Position numbers and translations under genes: made by a program. A stretch of 63,997 nt of DNA, the filler included, from Octopus bimaculoides (Eukaryota): NCBI RefSeq assembly GCF_001194135.2. It is 9 parts of 9 records of this genome, joined end to end, with 100 filler letters (N's around TTAATTAATTAA, not from the genome) between each part and the next. Parts side by side here need not be neighbours in the genome. Positions count along the whole stretch, not along the records: positions 51,160 to 58,737 come from NC_069006.1; positions 58,838 to 60,998 come from NC_068989.1; positions 61,099 to 62,845 come from NC_069004.1; positions 62,946 to 63,997 come from NW_026404275.1; 5 more parts are not named here. One strand, given 5' to 3'. The notes under the pieces are model-generated. The model was not told where the DNA came from and did no database searches. It worked only from the letters and a program-made list of their open reading frames with translations. Below, piece after piece: positions 52,722 to 63,997 of this stretch (the first letter of the stretch is position 1; the number at the start of each line of letters is the position of its first letter).

Positions 52722-52975
52722 ATCATCATCATCGTTTAACGTCCGCTTTCCATGCTAGCATGGGTTGGACGATTTGACTGAGGACTGGTGAAACCGGATG
52801 GCAACACCAGGCTCCAGTCTGATTTGGCAGAGTTTCTACAGCTGGATGCCCTTCCTAACGCCAACCACTCAGAGAGTGTAGTGGGTGCTTTTACGTGTCA
52901 CCTGCACGAAAACGGCCACGCTCGAAATGGTGTCTTTTATGTGCCACCCTCACAAGCCAGTCCAGGGGCACTATG
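52722..52975 (-). mobile_element. Young non-autonomous retroposon with RTE-type (GAT)n tail
   Basis: catcatcatcatcgtttaacgtccgctttccatgctagcatggg...; CpGs intact. Confidence 0.8.
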
Positions 52976-53113
52976 TGTGTATATACATACATATGTATAA
53001 ATATATATGTGTATATACATAGATACATATAGATATATGTGTGTATATACATACATATACACATATATATTCACACACACACACATGCACAGAAATGCGT
53101 ATATGCATGTGTA

Positions 53114-53152
<39 letters not shown>

Positions 53153-53548
53153 TTTAATCAACAGGAAGTTATAACAGTGACTCGAGGGCCAACAGTTTCA
53201 TGAATGGCACTTATATTTAACAAGTGGCTTCAAATCAAGGTGCTGGCTTCTTTATAGAGAGTGAATTGCTGTTGTTTCCAGACCATTTGATTAGAAATTT
53301 AAATTGGAGCATCACGTGAAAGAAATATGCATATTTTTCCCAAATATTTTGTTAAGCGGAAAGAAGTCTTGAAAGAAATATAAAAAAAAAAAAGGAGATA
53401 AAATGCAATAAAAATATGCATTGACATAGATAGATGCATGGCACCCTGGGCAAGTATGTGTTTTCTACTGTAGCCTAAGGCTGACCAAAGCCTTGTGAGT
53501 GAATTTAGCAGAGAAACTGAAAGAAGCTGGTCGTGCGTGTGTGTGTGT

Positions 53549-53588
<40 letters not shown>

Positions 53589-53899
53589 TTGTGGTTTCAA
53601 TCCCTGGATCAGGCAACACATTGTTTTGCTGAGCTCCAGTCCACTCAGATGGCAAAAATAAGTTGAATAATCCCTTGCCATATCACGGTTCACCTATCGC
53701 AATTCACCTTTCACAATTAACCTGTCACAGTTTATTATTTAAGCTTACAGTTGGAGCCTGGTGCAGCTCTCCAGCTTGTCAATTCCTGTCAAACCGTCCA
53801 ACCCAAGCCAGCATAGAAAGCGGATGTTAAATGATGGTAATAAGAAACAACAAAGAGGAGGGAGAGAGAGAGACGAAAACATTCCAGTAACCAGAGGCT

Positions 53900-54109
53900 G
53901 GAGTGTGTCTGTAAGTGATCAACTGCCATTCATCAAGTGGCTTTTCTGTAGATGTAGTCCAGGATGTCCTTGTGCATAACAGCAACACTATCCCAGATTT
54001 GAGAACAGGTCTCCATTACAGGCTTCAACTTGAACCTTGGAGAGTATAAGCAGAAATGCTTCTTGCATTGCCACTCGCCACTACTGAGATGACTTTTATC
54101 TTCCTCGAA

Positions 54110-54110
<1 letters not shown>
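53900..54110 (-). pseudogene. CR1/Jockey-like LINE ORF2 C-terminal remnant
   Basis: LYSPRFKLKPVMETCSQIWDSVAVMHKDILDYIYRKA resembles LYKxxVRPxMEYCSxIW...LDxIQxKA. Confidence 0.55.
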
Positions 54111-54183
<73 letters not shown>

Positions 54184-55899
54184 CATATGAACTGATATCC
54201 TCTGTGTCCAACTCATTCTCTATCTCTAATCATCTGTCACACTATTTTCACTCAGAACATTTCTTATTCTGTTTCATATCCACATTATACATTGACCTCA
54301 TATCTCTCTCTCTCTCTCTCACTTTCCAGGTAGGCAAGCCTCAGCAACACACCTGCTCTTCTTCCTTTGTTATAGTTTCCTATTCCTCCAGTCTATGCCC
54401 CGCTTGTCTGAGGGGTCTTGTCTTATGGGTACTCAGCAACTTCATCAGTGCTGGTGCCACATAAAACTCACCCAGTGATCTCTCAAGCGGTTGGCATTAG
54501 AAAGAGCATCCAACTGTAGATTAAGGAACAGCATCCAACTGTAGAAACCATGTCAAAGCAGACACAGAACCTGGCAGAACTCCCAGGTTCATCTAGCCTT
54601 GTCAAACCAGCAAACCCATGCCAGGATGAGAAAGGGTATGTTAAATACTGATGATGATGTTGTTGATGTCTGAAGGAGCATTAAACAAAAATATTTCTTG
54701 CTGTTAGATTAGAAATAATGGAGAACTTTACATATGTTACAAACATCTAAAATGTCTGAGATATCAGTTGATGATAAAATTTTAATTTTTCGCACTGTTA
54801 ATCATGTCTTCGGAGATGAAAAGCTGTTTTTAATATTGAGATGGACACCATAGTTTGAATGGAAACCAAACCAATCGGAATATAGTGTAGGTGTAAATAT
54901 TAAAGGCTTGTTCGTTTCAAAAGAAGAGTTTAACAGTGCGAAAAATTATAAACATGTATGTTTATCTTCACTGTCTGACTCTCTCCTACATTTTTTTTAT
55001 ATNNNNNNNNNNNNNNNNNNNNNNNNNNNNNNNNNNNNNNNNNNNNNNNNNNNNNNNNNNNNNNNNNNNNNNNNNNNNNNNNNNNNNNNNNNNNNNNNNN
55101 NNNNNNNNNNNNNNNNNNNNNNNNNNNNNNNNNNNNNNNNNNNNNNNNNNNNNNNNNNNNNNNNNATATATATATATATATATATACATACATACATATG
55201 TATACATACATGTATGCATACATATACATATATACATATACATATGTATACATATATGTGTATACATATATATATATATGTATGTATACATATATATACA
55301 TATATGTGTATACATATATATATATGTATGTATACATATGCCATGCAGTGGGACTGAACCTAAAACCAGGTGACTGCAAGATGAGCGTCTTAACCACACA
55401 GTCCAGCCTTCACTTATAAAAGAAAGTTTCACAGGCTTTCATATTACAAAAGCTATTGAAACATGAAGTCATTAATGTCCATTCATTATGACCATGATTT
55501 AATTAGAATAGTCAGAATTACAGTATGTATGACAATCAAATTCAAAATGTCTAGTTATGTGTTTTGTTTTATACAGTAATTCAATTAATTAATTCAATAA
55601 AATAATTAATTAATTATTAAAAATTAACTTAGTGTCTTATGAAACTCAAATTAATTTCTAACTTCATTGAATCAGTGTTAAATTGAATTATCTAATGAGT
55701 AAATATATTAATAAAATTAACAATAAAATTAACAATAAAATTAACAATAAAATTAACAATAAAATTAACAAAAGACAAATAAACACTCATAATAATAATG
55801 ATGAATTTTTTTCTACTATAGGCACAAGGACTGAAACTTTGGGAGAGGGGGGGGCTAGCCAATGACATCAACCCCAGTGCATAACTGGTACTTATATTA

Positions 55900-56560
55900 T
55901 TGGACGAAAAGATGTGTGTGTGTGTGTGTGTGTGTGTGTATGCAAGCTTCTGTCTTTGCCACCTTCAACACTTGACAACTGTTGTTGGTTTGTTTACAGC
56001 CCCATAACTCAGCAGTTTGGCAAAAGAGACCAACAGAATCAGAATAAGTACCGGGTTTAAAATTTTAAAAAAATAGTAAGGTTGATTTGTTTGGCTAAAC
56101 TTTCTGAAGTGGTGCCCCAGCATGACCACAGTCCAATGACTAGAACAAATATAAAAATATGAGAAGAAAAAAAACATACAATGAACAATGTTGTCCCTGG
56201 TATCCTTTATCTTTTATGTGTTTCTGTCACCAGACTACGGCATGTTGGGGCACCGCCTTGAGGGATTTTCTGTTGAATAAATCAATCCCAATACACATTT
56301 TCTTTTTAATCTTGGTGCCTATTTTATCAGTCTCTTTTACCAAACCGCTAAGCTACAGAGACATAAAGACACCAACACCAGTGAAGGCCATCAAGCAGTG
56401 ATGGCCTTCATTCAGTTTCTGTCTACCAAATCCATTCACAAGGCTTAAGTCAGCTCGAGGCTATAGTAGAAGATACTTGCCCAAGGTGTCAAACAGTGGG
56501 ACTGAACCCGGAATTATATGATTGGGAAGCAAGGCTTTTACCACACGGCCACGCCTGCGC
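55900..56560. mobile_element. Tail-to-tail SINE copies (+ at 55900-56160, - at 56200-56560)
   Basis: Both are the 8512-type family and CpG-eroded. Confidence 0.65.
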
Positions 56561-57296
56561 CTACACACAATGAAAAACCAAGCTGAATATATGAAGATAT
56601 GACACTACAGAGAACGGTGATCAAATTCAAAATACCATTGATTATGCAACCATGTGCCAGCTTGATCGAGGCTAACCCAGGGTTAAACAAAACCAACACA
56701 ACCCTTACACCATGACAACATTGCTGAACAAATAATTGATACAAGGTGCCCCATCCCCGCACCCTTTGGCTGTTCATTTGTATTCGTTATTTACTCAATA
56801 GCTGTACTTTGGTTTTTATTTTTCATTCAGTTTCTGAACATTTATTAAGTTCTATGAGATTTAGAGACGTACTTATCAATGCTGAACTGTCTCAGATGAC
56901 ATCATTCATTAGCATTAGCAGTATTGTCTCTCCTTCGGCAGTCTGTTCCAAGCATCATTCACAAGACATATGATATGATATGATATATATATATTTATAT
57001 ATCATATATACACACACACACACATATACACATATAGCATACATACACATAAACACATACTCGTAAAATACTGTCTATGTGATCTCAAATTTTAAAGCAA
57101 ACACATAATTTTCTTATGGTTTCTTAAACATTCACTGGAACAAAACTGTACAAATCCAAATATATGGTACCCTAGACATAACACCTACATGAACTTCTAA
57201 CTTGTTGTCTCTTGAGGTCTCTGGGTGAGACTTGGATCCAACTTGTACAAATGCAAAACAAAAGTCAAACATAAAATAATAATAATAATAATAATG

Positions 57297-57328
<32 letters not shown>

Positions 57329-58431
57329 ACATAAGATGTCGAAATANNNNNNNNNNNNNNNNNNNNNNNNNNNNNNNNNNNNNNNNNNNNNNNNNNNNNN
57401 NNNNNNNNNNNNNNNNNNNNNNNNNNNNNNNNNNNNNNNNNNNNNNNNNNNNNNNNNNNNNNNNNNNNNNNNNNNNNNNNNNNNNNNNNNNNNNNNNNNN
57501 NNNNNNNNNNNNNNNNNNNNNNNNNNNNNNNNNNNNNNNNNNNNNNNNNNNNNNNNNNNNNNNNNNNNNNNNNNNNNNNNNNNNNNNNNNNNNNNNNNNN
57601 NNNNNNNNNNNNNNNNNNNNNNNNNNNNNNNNNNNNNNNNNNNNNNNNNNNNNNNNNNNNNNNNNNNNNNNNNNNNNNNNNNNNNNNNNNNNNNNNNNNN
57701 NNNNNNNNNNNNNNNNNNNNNNNNNNNNNNNNNNNNNNNNNNNNNNNNNNNNNNNNNNNNNNNNNNNNNNNNNNNNNNNNNNNNNNNNNNNNNNNNNNNN
57801 NNNNNNNNNNCAACACATGGCTATGATGCTCCCCCACTACTTCTGCTCATGATCAGATATGCCCATATCATCAGCCACTAAGGGACATGCTCAACTGGTT
57901 ACGGTCAAACAACTGACAAGCAAATCTGTGGTATTGAGCAGAATATTTGCTGTAGCCCATCTTTTATACCAAGACAAAACAATGTACATGATAACACTTC
58001 CAATCAGTTAAGATCAGAAGCCATGAGAGTCACTGCCTGGTACTGCATCAGGGCATTTATCATCATCATTATTATTATTATCATTATTATTATTTTTATT
58101 ATTATTATTATTATTATTATTGCTATTGAAGAAGCCATACAAGAGTTCATCATTCATCAGACATAATTAATTGCTCTTATTAATGAACTTCTTTCAGTAA
58201 ACATCAAAAGTTTTACAACAGATTGACATGATCTGATTACAGACATTTAGACCAAACAGTTGAGAAGAAAGCAAGAAATATCAAAGAACAGAAACAAAGG
58301 AAAAATTTATTGTTGTTGCTGTTGTTTAACTTTCACAACAATCCTGACACAATATGGACACGGTCAAAGGATGCTCCAACTATGACCACCCAGTGATTGT
58401 AATTCGGTGAAGGTGCATAACCTAGTTAAGG

Positions 58432-58733
58432 CAGGGGTCGGAGAACTGTTTTAACCAATTACTCCAAAACATATTTAGTTACGCCAACATTACCCCGCTT
58501 GATTTGAAAGGAAGAAAATCATAGATTCTTTGAATTCAAAAATTTTTGTTGAATCTATTTACACGTCGATTACACTAGACAAATGCAGTGTTGCAAGAAA
58601 AAAAATTCCTGTCGTAACAAGGAACGCGTTTTTTAATGTAATTTTACTTATGTCTAATGCATCCTCACTACCCACCAAGAATTTCATTTTTACCCCACTT
58701 GAGGTAATTTACCTTGGTTCGCAGACCCCCCCC
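58432..58733. mobile_element. hAT/Charlie-like non-autonomous element
   Basis: Left terminus CAGGGGTCGGAGAAC; right terminus GTTCGCAGACCCC (its reverse complement matches 11 of 13), preceded by tttacccc...ggtaatttacc. The right end runs into a gap. Confidence 0.5.
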
Positions 58734-58837
58734 CCCCNNNNNNNNNNNNNNNNNNNNNNNNNNNNNNNNNNNNNNNNNNNNTTAATTAATTAANNNNNNN
58801 NNNNNNNNNNNNNNNNNNNNNNNNNNNNNNNNNNNNN

Positions 58838-58885
<48 letters not shown>

Positions 58886-59694
58886 GATAAATAATCTGAA
58901 AAAGACAAATTTATACATATAGAATGAAAGAGACAGAGAGAAAGAGACAGAGCGTGTGTCTATGTGCGATGGCAATATGATGTGACATGAGATGAACTGT
59001 TAATTCGGTTCTCAACCATTTTTCGAATATTTTTATTTGTGTTTCCAAATTACAGTGAGCCAATGCCGCTTGAGACAGTTCGTGACCTCTGATTTGTCAA
59101 CATTAGCTATCATGTAACACATCGATAACTCAATATAAATTGGCACCTCTCTTCACACTCTGCATATATTACAAATATAGCGGCTTGGTTTGGTTAATGA
59201 ACAGTGATAAAGAACAGTAATAACACAGGAATCCTCTGTGTAATCAAGCCCACTAAAAAATAGCAGAAAACCTTCCTCAAGTCGATGTCCTATAGTCTTG
59301 AAAGATGGAACGACACATTTGACCGAATCTCTAACGACTCTGCAAGCGCGTCGCCTTAATACAATAATGAATAATAATAATTCTTTTATTATTTTAAATA
59401 TCTGTCATCACACTGCGGCCATGCTAGGGCACCGCCTTGAAGATTTTAGTCGAACAAACTGTCCCCAGTACTTCTTTTTTAAAAGCCTGGTGTTATTCTT
59501 CAAGTATCTTTTGCAGAAACGCAAACACACCAACATCGGTTGTGTTAAACGGTGGTGAGGAACAAGCACAAACACAAAGAGGCACACACATAGAAATATA
59601 CATACATTCAATATATATTGATTTTACCTATATGGTTTTTATTATATGCTGGCCACTGATAAAATCATTAACTCTTAATGATTTTATCCTTAAT

Positions 59695-59729
<35 letters not shown>

Positions 59730-61329
59730 NNNNNNNNNNNNNNNNNNNNNNNNNNNNNNNNNNNNNNNNNNNNNNNNNNNNNNNNNNNNNNNNNNNNNNN
59801 NNNNNNNNNNNNNNNNNNNNNNNNNNNNNNNNNNNNNNNNNNNNNNNNNNNNNNNNNNNNNNNNNNNNNNNNNNNNNNNNNNNNNNNNNNNNNNNNNNNN
59901 NNNNNNNNNNNNNNNNNNNNNNNNNNNNNNNNNNNNNNNNNNNNNNNNNNNNNNNNNNNNNNNNNNNNNNNNNNNNNNNNNNNNNNNNNNNNNNNNNNNN
60001 NNNNNNNNNNNNNNNNNNNNNNNNNNNNNNNNNNNNNNNNNNNNNNNNNNNNNNNNNNNNNNNNNNNNNNNNNNNNNNNNATATATATACTCTATTTACT
60101 CTTTTACTTGTTTCAGTCCTTTGGAGCACCTCCTTTAGTCGAGCAAATTGACCCCAGGACTTATTCGGTCTCTTTTCCGAACCGCTAATTTTTAATATAA
60201 ACATGTATCCTATGTTAGATCAAGTCAGGTCGCTCTTCAGCGCTAATGGTATCATGTAACCCAGTTCAACCTGTCGTATGGTCGGATCGTCGGCGACTAA
60301 ACTGGCAACCCCATCAAGCATGCTTGGTGAGGAGGTTGATTGTTGGACACCCTACGGGACGAAAAATAAGATTCATCAAAGGGCAGGAGAACTACTGTGT
60401 AGTCAATGGCCAATTCAACAAGTACCATGTCGCGGTGAAATGCCTGTGTATTCCATTGACCCTGAGAGTTATGCTGCAGGGAAAGAAATCTTCAGGCAGG
60501 TCAGACAGTTCGAAGGGTAGGAGACAGGCAAAACCTAAACGACAATAAATCGAAGCATTGGCAGTAGAGCGTGGGTTCAGTTATCGGCAGGACCTAACAA
60601 ATCAGATACCTGGCTTTTAACTAGCAGGATGTCATGCAGAGGATCTTGAATACAAGACAATGAATATAAGACCCTAATATTCCTAGTTAGATAGAAACTG
60701 CAGGACCACATGGAGCAGCGTCCTGTGATTCCTATAGTATGCGCAACTGAAACTCCCATTGGGGCGTCCTATAGGACGACCTAGATGAGAGAGAGATGTA
60801 TCCCATCCAAGTTTTATAAATCAAAGTAAGCACGATTTCCTTTACGGACGTAAAGTACTGAAAAATGAAATTTTTATCTTCTTCAAAAACAAAAAAACTA
60901 TTTCTATTACTCCTTAACACATAAACGAGTGCAAAAAACCAGTTGTGCTATATACGGAGTATTGTCTCTATTAAAAATTCCCTTATATATATATATATNN
61001 NNNNNNNNNNNNNNNNNNNNNNNNNNNNNNNNNNNNNNNNNNTTAATTAATTAANNNNNNNNNNNNNNNNNNNNNNNNNNNNNNNNNNNNNNNNNNNNCC
61101 AAAATGCGTATTTTTCAATATTTATTTTTGCTTGCAATATCCAGTTCTTTTGGTCAAACTATTGTATCTCCAGCTGCTTCAGGGACCAAGATGTCAAAAG
61201 TTGTCAAAGTGTACTACAACGGTTTTACTAGGGAATGATGAAACTATTGTTTTCGTTTTCTGAAAAAGCAACGTTTTGGACTTACGACACTTTTACATAG
61301 TAGCAACGATATATAAATATATATATATA

Positions 61330-61734
61330 TATAATCATGTAGAGAATAGAGAAACAAACGCAGGAAGAAGCAGGTCAATTGCGCTAGTTAGCCATTAATT
61401 TAATTAATTATGTGGAGATTATGTAATGTTACATTGACGATCGTTTCGATATGCCGACTTCGACTAAAATGTAAGACTCACTTCACCTCACTCTATTCTC
61501 ATACCACTATATGCATCCTTTACATTAAAATATCCCCTATCTTCTATTTTTGCATCTCTCACACCATGAACTTAAATAGACTTTTCAACATTCTGAAGAG
61601 ACCAAATTGGAAGATCGAAACGATCGTCAATGTAACATTACATAATCTCCACATAATTAATTAAATTAATGGCTAACTAGCGCAATTGACCTGCTTCTTC
61701 CTGTGTTTGTTTTTCCATTCTCTACATGATTATA
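61330..61734. mobile_element. Fold-back D: Penelope-type pLTR with a nearly perfect 121-bp inverted copy
   Basis: 61330-61450 is the reverse complement of 61614-61734 with only a few mismatches; hammerhead at 61588-61633. Confidence 0.85.
61588..61633 (+). ncRNA. Minimal type I hammerhead ribozyme motif, catalytic core intact
   Basis: ACATT-CTGAAGA-GACCAAATTGGAAGATC-GAAA-CGATCGT-C-AATGT. Stem I is ACATT/AATGT, stem II is closed by G-C and A-U, stem III is the palindrome ACGATCGT, and the cleavage triplet is GUC. Confidence 0.75.
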
Positions 61735-61918
61735 ATTATAAACTGCGGTTTACACGATACATTACCTGCCTCTGGATACCTTCTAACAAAGACGATACCT
61801 ACACAAGTAATCTCCAGGAGTGCCTTCGGATTTAATTATCCCCTGGTAGCTTAAACACTTCAGCCTATCCCTTGAATGTTTAAACAATCCTATCATATAC
61901 CTATATATATATATATAT

Positions 61919-62297
61919 ATATATTCTTAATGATTGATACGGAAGACGGAGTGTAACTAGAAGCTTTATTTAGCACAACAATAGTTTAGGCTACCTTCTG
62001 CACTGTTCCCTATTAGGTGGGGAACAGTGTAATGACATCAGATGCCCCTGCAGTGCAAAGAGTACCTCCTACTACCAACACACCATAATATCACTAGCAT
62101 CTAGTTTGGAGCAAAATTTAAAGCTTTTAACTCTTGAAACCTATTGCGTCACCTGATGAGGCTCCTTTGCATTGTGGGATGCATTATATCGTTCCCCACC
62201 CAATAGGGAGCAGGGCAGAAGGCAACCGAAACGCTTGTTGTGCCAAATAAATCTCCTAGTTACATTACATTCTCTGTATCAATCATTAAGAATATAT
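61919..62297. mobile_element. Fold-back E with a long-stem-II hammerhead motif
   Basis: Termini ATATATTCTTAATGATTGATAC / GTATCAATCATTAAGAATATAT. Right arm CAC-CTGATGA-[68 nt]-GAAA-CGCTTGT-T-GTG (62150-62242); the left arm is a more decayed copy. Confidence 0.8.
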
Positions 62298-62639
62298 CCA
62301 ACGTGCACCTAAGAATTCCCAATGTAGATCCAGCGACGAAAGCGCAGTACCACGAATGACATCTGGTAGCCCTAAGTGGTGAACGTACTCCGCAGGCACA
62401 CTACCTGGGAATTACTCAACACAAGGTTCGGATACTGCATTTTGTTGTCTCTTATTTACACCTTGATTTCAATTTCAAATTAAACTTTATATATACCAGG
62501 TTGTTTGTTATGACCGGTCAGAGAGTGACCATTGGTTCTTCACCTTCTTAGTGGTGTGGGCAACTCGTCAGAATCATTGGCCGGAGACACATAACCGCTC
62601 TACATAGCTAGTCTAACATCAGGAAGTAGCAAAAACGTC

Positions 62640-62815
62640 TTGGACACACATACACATACACACACAAACTACAGGCTTCTTTCAGATTCCGTCTACGAAA
62701 TCCACTCACAAGGCTTTGGTGGAGCCGAGTTTATAGTAAAAGTGCCACACAATGGGACTGAACTCGGAACCATGTAGTGGTGAAGCAAACTTATTACCAT
62801 AGAGCCACGCCTACT
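62640..62815 (-). mobile_element. SINE 5' half
   Basis: Reverse complement of the 8512-type head. Confidence 0.7.
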
Positions 62816-63039
62816 TAACCCCATCTCCAAAAAAAAAAAAAAAAANNNNNNNNNNNNNNNNNNNNNNNNNNNNNNNNNNNNNNNNNNNNTTAATTAATTA
62901 ANNNNNNNNNNNNNNNNNNNNNNNNNNNNNNNNNNNNNNNNNNNNGTTCGAAGTGTTCGGCACTTATCCTCGCCAACCGTATGTGCGGCGGTTTAACTTC
63001 AATAGGTCCCATTACCGTATAGTTTTGTTTTTTTTTGTT

Positions 63040-63997
63040 ATTAATCCATGTAACACTTCATTTTTGATGGTGTACGAAACAATTCTTTCTTGCGGGGGTT
63101 TAGGAGAGGTTTAGGAGAGGGTTTCAATTTGGGAGTGGACGAGGGTATTATTTTTTGTGTGCTTTGCATTTTTTCTTTTTTTCTTGTAGTGGGAGGGGAG
63201 TCTGGGCCAATAGGTTTTTTTCCTTGTGTTTTTAGCAACTTCAAACTCCGCTTCTTCCTCACTTTTTCCTCTTTCTATTATGACTTCCGGCATTTTCGAT
63301 TTACCTTGTTTGACGTCTTTTTTAAGTTCTGTTTTCTCCGGTATTTCTTTCTCCCTTTGGGGAGGGACTTCTTCTTATTTTTGGTTAGGTTTTTTTTTAT
63401 TTTCACACATTCGGAACGGACGTGGCCCTTTTCACCACATTTAAAACATCTGGGCCTCCGTCCCTCCACTGACACTCTTGCACTGAGACCCTCCCCTATA
63501 CAAATCCTGTCTGGTCTGGTCTCGAGGGTATCGTTTGACGCTAGAACTATAAGCTCAAGCGCCTGCCCCTTCCAATTGAGTGCGTTCCTTCTTCTGATTG
63601 TAAGTACTTCCACCTGATCCTCCACGTCGTAAATTAACGCTTCTACCAACCAGTTTACGTCATACCCGGATGGAATATCTTCTATTGTGATTTTCGCAGT
63701 TCTCCGGCCAAGGTATGTAGGTAAGAGCATTACCTCTTCAGTTTTCAGCGTTTGTGTCGATAATTCTTTCGCCACTTCTGCGGATTCGAATTGGGCCTCT
63801 ACTGTAGCATTTCGAGGCTCTCTACCAACATATTTTATTTTTTCCCACACAGGGGCAAGACACTTCTCTATTGCATCCGTTTTCATCATCATGATGCGCC
63901 TTTCCTTGCAGTTGTATCTTTGTAAATAACGGTGTTTACCGCCAACACTTGGATAGTTTCCTTTGGCGGTATTAACCTTGTTACGTCGTCAGTTTTC
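63040..63997 (-). mobile_element. L1/Tx1-like LINE ORF1 (gag-like, CCHC zinc knuckle), frameshifted
   Basis: A 204-aa ORF with RRPRCFKCGEKGHVRSEC and a Lys/Glu-rich C-terminus continuing in another frame; there is an apparent frameshift upstream near 63900. Confidence 0.75.

Noticed and set aside
55709-55770. 12-bp tandem repeat (AATAAAATTAAC)x5 and other short duplications (15805, 43850, 54500)
   Set aside because: No spacers or associated genes; ordinary slippage products.
56830-56973. Plus-strand terminal-exon-like ORF (SEHLLSSMRF...)
   Set aside because: The minus strand reads AWNRLP, typical of CR1-type LINE 3' ends, so it is probably a repeat remnant; not fully excluded.

Overview
AT-rich, microsatellite- and retroposon-dense eukaryotic genomic DNA from a draft scaffold, with roughly 4 kb of Ns and eight artificial 44N+TTAATTAATTAA+44N gap spacers. 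The repeat families look like those of Octopus (coleoid cephalopod); this is an inference from sequence style, not a database result. There are no prokaryotic genes, CRISPR arrays, rRNA or intact tRNA genes. Most ORFs in the six-frame track are microsatellite or gap artefacts. Recognisable coding remnants are all transposon-derived: RTE, L1/Tx1, R4-like, CR1/Jockey-like, Penelope-like, Ty3/Gypsy integrase and a DD37D maT transposase. A phase-consistent chain of small + strand exons (about 10.8-33.9 kb) suggests one unidentified host gene, possibly with ARM-type repeats, lying in a visibly CpG-eroded domain downstream of a promoter-like block at 8.2-9.1 kb. The most striking signal is about a dozen hammerhead-ribozyme-like motifs of the minimal Penelope type. 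Many sit in the outward-pointing arms of five unrelated 370-500 bp fold-back elements, one of which carries tRNA-derived Pol III heads.
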